Shown piece after piece: positions 51,365 to 64,000 of a stretch of DNA of 64,000 nt; position 1 is the stretch's first letter, and the number at the start of each line of letters is the position of its first letter. The notes beneath the pieces are model-generated. The model did no database searches. It saw nothing but the letters and a program-made list of their open reading frames with translations, and was not told where the DNA came from. The stretch lies in contig VJWM01000016.1 in assembly GCA_010909165.1 (NCBI GenBank), positions 806,001 through 870,000 of the forward strand, written 5' to 3'. Source of the DNA: Anthoceros angustus (lineage: Eukaryota > Plantae > Anthocerotophyta). The position numbers and the translations under genes were made by a program.

Positions 51365-51800
51365 TCAAAGCACCGTGTTACGCTTCCTACATCCCCATGA
51401 GTTTTGGCAAGGTACCTGGAATGGAACAGGCCTTGAGAAGCAAGCAAGAGTAACATTGAGAACTAAAATCAGCCCTTGTTGCTCCAATCTTCCATACAGA
51501 GCAATCGCCTTCTGACCCAGCCCGTGCCCTGCATTCCCAGCCATCAGCATACTCAAGCCTGACACTGAGGTCAGGTCATGGATCCACTTGTCGCCCCACA
51601 AGTTTTGTTCAGCCACACATCTCTTGGGAACACTGTACAACAGCGAAGATGACACAGCAGATCTCGATTGTGTCCGAGCCGAGAGGGTCAAGCACCATCA
51701 GCATGTCACCACATACAAGTTCGTGGTGTGCGAGAAGCATACATGATCTAATCCACATCTCAACAGCGAAAACTCTCTTTAGTTTGACACTTATGTAATT
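51365..51800 (-). pseudogene. Degenerate PLS-type PPR fragment
   Basis: MLMAGNAGHGLGQKAIALYGRLEQQGL resembles WNxMIAGYAxHGxGxEAxxLYxxMxxxG; short and interrupted. Confidence 0.55.
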
Positions 51801-52421
51801 AGAAAACATAGAGATGAGTGATCAACATGGGAGATGAGTGATCTTCAGTTTAAAATCAGAGATGGGACAATGGCACGTCCTAAATGAGAGACATCTCTCC
51901 CAGCCTGGGCTGATCAGGAAGGTAGAACAACGCATGCCTCGCATGTGAGAGATTTAGAAGTCATTCCACCAGCGGCACGCTCTGCACTTTAAAGAGGAAC
52001 GCAAATCTGCACTTGCCTTGTGAAATCAAAAGCTACAGCTACAGCTCTACAATTGGCTCGTTCTTTCCTCCCTACCCTCTATGAGCTAGCACTTGTTCAC
52101 TAGTGAACACAAGGAGGCTGTGAGATGTTTCTTCTGCATGCAGCATGCGCACTTGAACTTACGAAATGACCAGGAAAGGACAGATGAGAATGCACCAACC
52201 GTGCCTGGCCACCACTACTTTCTTGTGTCAATTGCAGTCGAGCCTGAACGTCCGAAATGAGTAGGAAACGACAAATGAGAACGCATTGGAACAATGAGAA
52301 GGCGTTGGAATGCACCAACAGTGTCTCTCTCGAGACCATACCTGACAGCGGATTGAAGCTGTCATCGCCACACCAACTCCCGCTGGCCAGGCAAGTGAGC
52401 TCCGCTGGCCAGGCAAGTGAG

Positions 52422-55400
52422 CTATGGTGAAGACCAGTACAGTCCTCTTGTGAGGGTGGACTTAAACTCCGGACACTGGAATTTCTTTTCGATGCCCTGT
52501 CCTGATGCGCTTGCGACTTTGACCTCCATATCCGTGACCTTGCCAATCACGCTTGTTAAGATGCTGAACACATCTGCCGTTTTAGGGCCGTCGACGATGG
52601 CTTGCATAAAAGCTATGATAAAGTTTGCGCCTTTCTCGGTATCTCTGAAGGATTGTTGTCCAGGACTGGTGGAGTAAACAATGAGACAATCGGGCAAAGA
52701 TTCCGGGGCTCGGACTTCTCCGGCTCTCTTGCTCACCACTTGGCTCTGCTCAACTTCAGAGTCCTCGGCTTTTTTGATTTTGGTAAGGCTGTCAAATTGT
52801 CGACAAGCATTGATCACAAAGACCTTAGGCTTGTTTGCAAGATACCTGGATTCCGAGATGGGCTTCACGATATCATCATCAACATATAGCTTCTCGCCAT
52901 TTTCTTCACTCATGACGACGTAATCTCGTCCATTTTCATCGATCCCCCCATGGCCATTAATGCAACACAGAAAGCAATCGTCGTTAGCCAGGGTAGGGAG
53001 CTTGGCAAGTCTCCTAAGATAAGATTTGACGTCCTCAGATTGGTTCACCACTATATCTGTATGGAACTTCAAATTCTTGAGAAGAGCTTCAAGTCGCCCT
53101 CTGTCGACAGCTGCACCAGGTCTTTTCTCTTCTATGCTCACAATAACTGCCCAACCTCTCAGTTTGCCTGCTTCCACATTGTCGTTAGGATAACACTCTG
53201 CAAAATGTTGTCCGCTCTCCACTGCCTGCACTTGCGGGGATAGCTGTGTAGGAGTTCCCCGACATACGCTGCTGTTTTTTGATTTCGATCCTACAACAAG
53301 TGCAACCTCAGAGCATGCAAGGAACAATGTATATTACAAATTTGGCAGTCATCCTACTAGAAACTACTTCTCGAAAACCTGGACATTCAAACGCATTCAG
53401 ATGGTTCAGAAATCCTAACCTTCAGACTCTAGTTCGGCTCTGGCCAGATCCCTTTTTCGCCCCAAGATGATATGGCCATCTACCACGGTTGCATACTCCT
53501 TGTTGGCCTTTAAAATAGGTGGCTGGGCTTGTGTACTGGTGGAGATAGGTCCCCAAGACTGCGTGTAGTGTGCAGAGCCCTTTTCTTTTGTAGCAGCCAC
53601 CTCCTTGATAAGCTTATTTGTTAGAATGCACTGATGTTTTCTGTGTCTACAAGGCGTGAGGGACACTACACATTCACGCCTCAGGACACCTTCAACTAAG
53701 GTAACCCCTGCACAACCTTCATACGAAGCACAAAATGAACGAATTTGAGATACAATATGCTCTTGCAAGAACGATAAGGACCTCAAATAACCTTCGATGG
53801 ATCGAGCTAATATATCTATGTAACAACCTATTTCTGCATTAAATTCTACAAAGATATCAAGAAACTCTGCAGATATGAGAAGCATGTTCGGCTGCAGCTT
53901 TACGGTCGAATCAATCCATCTAACATCCTCATCAACCCAACCTTTCTCCAAACAATAGGTGTACAATAAAACCTATCACACGTACAGACAAAAACAATGT
54001 AGACGTGGTCAATAACAGAAAGCATTCACAAACCAGCGTTGCGAGTAGGACTAAGGAAAGATTCATCTTTGAAAGAGTTACATACTTGCAACCGAGGGAA
54101 AAATCCTGGTGTGAGAAATGTGCAATCTTGATCATCACATTGTAAACGCAAACCGATGAAGATGTAATCAGTAGAATCATCCTCTGCAGGCCATTTCAGT
54201 TGTCGTTCTGCTCCCGCTACATCTTCTCCATGCATACATAATGGTATAAAGTAACGCACTTGATCTTCTCCATCTCTACTTTCCAAACAAAGGTGTAACT
54301 CAAGAAGGAGTTGGATAAATTGTTCTTCGCTCACAATGGTCTCTTCAAGCCCAACCTTGTTCAAAGACATCTTTAGAAGCTTGCTCAACCCACACTTGCT
54401 TATAAACCCATTTTGAAGCCAATCTCGTCCATCACCAGGTTCGCCAAATATTCCAATCAATTGACTAAAAACCCCCATTCCCAGCCATTGGAGGTTAAGC
54501 ACCACAAGCCCTGAAATCTCAAAATATATGATTTCCCCGGAATCCTTAAGGTACGATGCAACCACTTTCCAACTATCCTCCTTTACCATGAAATCCAAAA
54601 GAAATCTTTTATAATCCTCCGAAATATGTGGATGCCGTAATGCCACCTTACATGTGTTATGGAATAACTCAATAAACTTGTCAGTACAAATGATTGGAGT
54701 ACCTTGTTGCTCTTCAGCCCACCTTTGTACATGTGTCCTTGTTTGCTCACAAATATTGGGAACTGGAGCCAACTTACTAACAACTCGATGCAACTTCTTC
54801 TCCATACTAGTGCGCAATGCATACACATCTTCCCAACTTTGTCCATTGATAAAAGTAGGTTCATACGATAACTCCACCAAATTCTTAAATTTTTTTTTCA
54901 CCGATGACATCTCTTCACATATTGCAACAGAATGCTTATCCCCTTGAAGTTTGTCACCAAATGTTACGATTACATTTACATAAGGTTTCACTTGTTGACT
55001 CAAAGGTTTCCCCTGTTGTTGACCCAATCGTGCATTGGAAGCAATAAATTTTAACCAATAAATAAATTCTTCACTAAAATCTTTTCTATGCTTCATATCT
55101 ATGGTTGAAAAATTCCCACCGAACTTGAATGGATTGTAAACAAATAAGAAGACAGAAGAATTATTAACATTAGGAAAAACAAAATCATGAAGCGCGTGAT
55201 ACTCTCTGTGGCCTGCAAGGTCCCAAATTGTAATCCTTAATGCGGGAGCATCTTTTATCACCTTCACTTCAAATCCAAGTGTTCGAGGTATCTCTTCCGA
55301 AATTGTTTCGCGTTCCATTTCACCATAGTCTTCGTGTGTCTCCATCTTCATCAGAGTATTTCTTATGGTCGTTTTGCCTGAAACAAAATCATTTTAGTGA

Positions 55401-58400
55401 TCATTCCTAACCGGCACGGAGATATGAGCAATATGCATACACGTCACTCGCTCTACATTCAACATGCCCTATGCCGCTTACCTGCGTATGGAAATCCACA
55501 AAGTACAAGGCGACATGATTTGACGGGCATTGTGGAATTCCTGCCAGAGCTCTTCTATATTCCCTGTTTTGCCGCAGCACTTCATCCACTGCAGCACCTT
55601 TCCCTGTCTTTTCCACGCAGTGTTTTCGAAAGATATACGCTCCAGATTGGTGTTCACCTGCAGAGTCTGCATGAGCTCTCGAAACATATCGTCATCCAAC
55701 CCCTTCCAGTCATCCAAGACCAACGTCTTGAGGTAGCGATTGGTCTGCAACGCCTTGTAAAACATCTTCGAGAGGTTGCACGATCCCGCACGCGTCTGAA
55801 CTAGGTGCAAACTTTTCACGAACTGGCACCTCTGCAGGATTGGCATCAGTTTGGAGTAGTCGTCGTTATGGCTAGAGTAATTCTGTCGGACTGTCACAAG
55901 AGTGATGCTGCTGTTGTCACACATTCCCTCCAATCCCTGGCTTATAAGACAGCTAGATAGCTAAATGCGTTAAAGTGGTGTTGGCGCGCAGCATGCGGGC
56001 CACAGCTTCTCCCAATGAAGCGTCGATAGGCTCGTGGCCAGATCCAACTATGTCTAGCCGGAGTTTTCTGACAGACTCGTTGGCAGAAAGAGGCTTGGGA
56101 GCAACACTCCCAGCCTCCTGCTCTGCGTCCTGCATACCAGGGTCAATGATCGGGCCAACAGCATGGCCGTTATCCCTGCCTGCTTTGGCTTACGTCGGTT
56201 AAATCCTATCTGCAGGTACTCAACCGTGGTGTTTTGTGCCAGAGCATTCCCTATCTTCAACGCTCCCGCCTCATCCATGCCTATATTGCAAATCCCCAGG
56301 TTGCGAAGTGTGGGACTGCTAGTCAGGATGTCAGCCAGGTGGGCTGCTCCACCACCTTCCACTAGAGTGTCTCCAGAAACATACAAGCTGCGGGCACTTT
56401 CTCCTATGGTCGGGTTCCCAGAAAGATACAAGCTGCGGAGCACCGAGCGGCGATTCTCTCGCAGGGCTGCAGCTATGCGACCCAGTCCATCGGCAGTCAT
56501 GCCAGTGAATCCCATATTAAGAATTCGCAAGGTGCGGCTCGATCGCAAGGTAGCTGCCAGTGCAATGCAGGCTGCACCTGTTCCAAACCCACGGTACCCA
56601 TGCAAATCCAGCAATTCCACTACTGCATTCGAGTTTAGACTTTCCAAGAACGCCGTTGCCTCTGCCACGGTCACTCTGCAATTTCGACGATATAGAGGGT
56701 CGAGCTCGATTGATCTGAGCGTGGGACATTTACCCATAGCTGTCATAAGGCGCTTGCTAAGGCGCAAGCGCAGTTCCTGTTCCGCCTTTGGATGTTCAAC
56801 GTCCATCTCGAACAAGTACCCATAGGCGTCCACACGAGGAAGCCGACTTAGAGTAGGCGAAGGTGACTCGAGCTCCGCAAGCAGGGCAAGCAGCTCCTCA
56901 GACACAGGAACTGGAATGGTGACAACAAAGACAGGGAATGGAGTCAAAGCGGCAGACTGCATTCATGATTCAAACGTCTTCATAGTTTCAACAAAAACAA
57001 CAGCAGCTTGGAAGTTGGAATGTAAGTTGTTCCATACCTGCGTCGCCTGAAGAGGTGGCCAAAGTGGCCATCGCCGGTAGTGGCACCTGTTCCGAACCTG
57101 CAGAAGTGAGAGAAGTCAGCTCCCTGTCATGTGTACCTAGTTTTTGGGTTCTAACTTGTGAGACATACAGATGAAGGACAAGGGTAGCTAGCTAGCTTGG
57201 GGCACCTACCCTGCTGTCCAGCGCTTCTTCTCTGTATGTTCTTTGTGAGAGCATTCTGGATGTGTATCCCTTTGCCTTCACTGGACCAGGATGTGTTCTT
57301 GATGGAAATGTTCTCCAGGACGTTTTTGCAGTTGGGTCCCAGAGACCGCATCAAGTCCCGGAACATGTAGTCATCCAACCCATCCCAGTCGTCCAACACA
57401 AGCGTCTTGAGGCTGGGGTTGTTGTGCAACCCGCGGAAGAACTCCTTGGTGAACCTGCTGGTCCCGTAGGGTTTCAAAAATCTTAGGCGCAGCTCTTCCA
57501 GAGTCTTGCACTTCTGCAGAATCTCCATCACCAAGGGATCCAGCTCCTCCTCCTCCACGGAATGGTAGTGCTCCAGAAGCAGTGTTGTGACGCTGCTGTT
57601 GTGAGCCAGTCCCGACAACCCGCGGGTCACAAAAAAGCTGGTTACGTTCAGGACCTTCAAAGTGGTGTTCGATCGAAGCATGGCAGCCACAGCTTGTGCG
57701 AGCCCGGCCTCCACAACCACACCCTTCCCCCCTGCCAGCCCCAGTACCTCAAGCCAGAGCTCGGTGATGGACTGGTTAAACGGAGGAGCAGCACTTGGAC
57801 CGTGAGACTCCTCCTCCGACGAGGACACATCGCAGCTCAGGGCTCTCAAAACAGGGATCAACATTGCTGCCTGCTCAGGGTCCTTCTGCACGTTATATCC
57901 GATATCAATCCTGTTCAGAGTTCTGCTGCGAGCCACAGCGTCTGCAATCACCACGGCGCCCGCACCATCCATCCCTATCGAGCACATCCCGAACACTGTC
58001 AAAGCACGACAGTTGGACAGGATGCCGGCAACCTGTTGCGCCCCGGCAGCATTTCCTATCTCATTCCCATCGAGGTACAACACGCGGAGGACAGATCCGC
58101 TGTTGTCTCGCAAGGCTGCGGAGATATGCCCCAGGCCTTCCACTCTCAGGTCGAGCCCCCGCAAGTCCAGAGCCCCCACGCTGCGGCTGTGTCGCAGGAC
58201 CACGTCAGCGAGTGCAGCGCACGCTTCCGTCGTCCCGAATCCTTGGATGTGGTTCAAGAAGAGGCTTTCCAACACCCGATTGCGCTTCAACCCGTTCAGC
58301 AATGCCAATGCCTCCACGTCCCTCACGCTGTACAACCCGAGCTCCCCAAGGGATTCAGATTGATCGTCTTGAGGCTCCGGCAGTTGCCGATGGCGGACAT

Positions 58401-58568
58401 TATCCGCAAGCGCAGCTCCCGCCTGGACGCGTCTGAATCACGCTCCCGGCCAGGAAGTAGCTGCCCCAGGAACCCGCAGGAGGAGATCTGGCAGGGTCGG
58501 GGAGACGGACTCGAGGCTGACGAGCAGGAAACCAGCTCGGCGGGAAGAGGCGGAGGCGGTTCCGCCAT
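52422..58568 (-). CDS. LRR-LRR-Roc-COR-caspase (peptidase C14A-like) gene, TORNADO1-related; LRR part carries about 7 small frameshifts (assembly error or decay)
   Basis: Predicted exons 58568-57210, 57097-57038, 56910-55482, 55377-54086, 53972-53420 and 53290-52422; all introns GT-AG, 104-129 bp, phase-compatible. Roc: LCGFPYA|GKTT, RTLG, WDLAG, TFGD. COR: FFPRLQ|V, FCASYEGCAGV..EGVLRRECV..LTPC. Caspase: RPGAAVD, CINGHG, KPKVFVINACR, YSTSPG..SFR, QCP..STLTRGLY. Confidence 0.85.
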
Positions 58569-58771
58569 AGCCGAAACTTTAGCAGAGCAGGGAAACCAGC
58601 TCGGCGGGAAGAGGCGGAGGCGGTTCCGCCATAGCCGAAACTTTAGCAGAACGTGCGAGCAGGACAACCAGGTCGGCAGGAAGAGTCGGTTCCGCCGTAG
58701 CCCAAACTTCACAACAACGTCACAGCTTCTCCGACTCATGCCGAGCCACCGGGCTCGGAAGAGGCAAGCGC

Positions 58772-58839
58772 AGGACAACAGAACCGAGGGCTAGGACAAC
58801 AGAACCGAGGGCTAGGACAACAGAACCGAGGGCTAGGAC
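58772..58839 (+). repeat. 3 x 21-bp tandem repeat upstream of the Roco-caspase gene
   Basis: Unit ggacaacagaaccgagggcta. Confidence 0.9.
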
Positions 58840-60440
58840 ATACAATGCCCGTAGGCTTCTATGCAGATGTCTCTGGCTTCTGGCAAGTAGGAAGGAAAGG
58901 CGTGATTTTGATTCCTCACTGCTGGCCGGCGCGGAGCAGCACGCAATGGAGCAAATTGGGCAACGTGCATGCCAGCGAGGGGCGTCGACTTCTTTACAAT
59001 CACTATACATTACATTACTTGCGTCACATGGCTGCCAGCCCTTCAGTCAACATTTTTCATTCCTGCACGATGTCTGCCGAATGTTGTCGGCTTTCACGAC
59101 TTTCTCTTGTGGACGACCACGGCCTTCCAGCTTCCAGCCTCCAGGAAATCCTGACGTCAGGATGAAGTGCTCTACCCAGGTGGCGGATGGTACATGGACA
59201 AAAGCTTTTTATGTTGGCGGTGAATAGTAGTGAAAGAGAGAGGCATTGTAAGGGCATCATCTGGGGCGGTTCCGGCAAGAGTTCTTGTCTGAACGACTCA
59301 CGGCCTTGTCTGGACCTGCATTCGATGTTGACATGGCTGGACTCCATCCTCCTCTTCAATGATGCTGGCATACATCTACAATCCATAGTGTGCTTGATTT
59401 TTGTGGGACTGTCACGTTCCAGGATTTACACATCGATCATGCGTCCACTGCAGAAGGCGTGGGGGAGGGAATGAAAACCTGCTTATCTCGGCTGCTTCCC
59501 ACTCAAAGCCCAGGATCCTCACACAACTATTGCCACAGAAGCTCCTTGCTTCTCATCCTGCTCACAAGTTCCTCCCCCAGCCAGCCATTTTCTGGGACGA
59601 GCTAACCTACTTCGCCTCCAGCTTTGGCTGTTTACAAACGCCTGACTCCTCGCTGCGACCTCTGCGTCTGCGTCGGGGTTCTTGTTAGAATACCTGTCGA
59701 CCCACCAAACTGTTGGATCCCCCATGGATCCTGTGGCCACGCCCATCCAGGCGTAAGACCTTCGATGACGAGCACGGGCACAAGTTGGCGGGTCGCTACC
59801 GGACGACGGCCTTCCAGCTTCCAGCCTCCAGGAAATCCTGACGTCAGGATGAAGTGCTCTACCCAGGTGGCGGATGGTACATGGACAAAAGCTTTTATGT
59901 TGGCGGTGAATAGTAGTGAAAGAGGCATTGTAAGGGCATCATCTGGGGCGGTTCCGGCAAGAGTTCTTGTCTGAACGACTCACGGCCTTGTCTGGACCTG
60001 CATTCGATGTTGACATGGCTGGACTCCTCCTCCTCTTCAATGATGCTGGCATACATCTACAATCCATAGTGTGCTTGATTTTTGTGGGACTGTCACGTTC
60101 CAGGATTTACATCGATCATGCGTCCACTGCAGAAGGCGTGGGGAGGAATGAAAACCTGCTTATCTCGGCTGCTTCCCACTCAAAGCCCAGGATCCTCACA
60201 CAACTATTGCCACAGAAGCTCCTTGCTTCTCATCCTGCTCACAAGTTCCTCCCCCAGCCAGCCATTTTCTGGGACGAGCTAACCTACTTCGCCTCCAGCT
60301 TTGGCTGTTTACAAACGCCTGACTCCTCGCTGCGACCTCTGCGTCTGCGTCAGTTCTTGTTAGAATACCTGTCGACCCACCAAACTGTTGGATCCCCCAT
60401 GGATCCTGTGGCCACGCCCATCCAGGCGTAAGACCTTCGA

Positions 60441-64000
<3,560 letters not shown>

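Noticed and set aside
52422-53327. Ordinary plant metacaspase
   Set aside because: No DxCHS motif or acidic S1 pocket; NACR and both caspase arginines are present.
31987-58568. Bacterial or animal contamination explaining the methyltransferase and caspase
   Set aside because: Both have short GT-AG introns like their neighbours, and they are embedded among plant genes (EPSPS with transit peptide, PEX14) and host repeats. Ancient horizontal origin is not excluded.
57562-58794. 410-aa plus-strand ORF (also 57795-58436)
   Set aside because: Antisense shadow of the GC-rich LRR exon; no motifs of its own.

Overview
Eukaryotic nuclear DNA from a gene-dense land plant with short (~100-130 bp) GT-AG introns. 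A non-seed plant such as a hornwort is my inference only. Housekeeping and signalling genes: the 3' end of an EDRF1-like gene, a RecQ-type HTH fragment, JAZ, a PPR gene, SRD2/SNAPC3, a class III peroxidase, a HOL-type thiol/halide methyltransferase, SAE1, PEX14 (with a 1.33-kb internal tandem duplication), EYA phosphatase, and EPSPS (one intact copy, two pseudogenes). Two unusual systems stand out. (1) At 52422-58568 (-), one spliceable gene model joins two LRR blocks, a TORNADO1-like Roc GTPase-COR module and a C-terminal protease with animal-caspase rather than metacaspase motifs and an intact His/Cys dyad. The Roc-COR-caspase part is uninterrupted; the LRR part has about seven small frameshifts, mostly in homopolymers. 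(2) At 31987-43582, an 11.6-kb decayed DNA transposon has defined TIRs, a 4-bp TAAA TSD and a reconstructable empty site. It carries a DDE transposase and, divergently, a ParB-like domain plus a beta-class amino (N4C/N6A) DNA methyltransferase. A solo-LTR-like family with 5-bp TSDs but A(G/A)TAA...TTA(C/T)T termini instead of TG...CA is also present. All assignments come from motifs and alignments read by eye; no searches were run.
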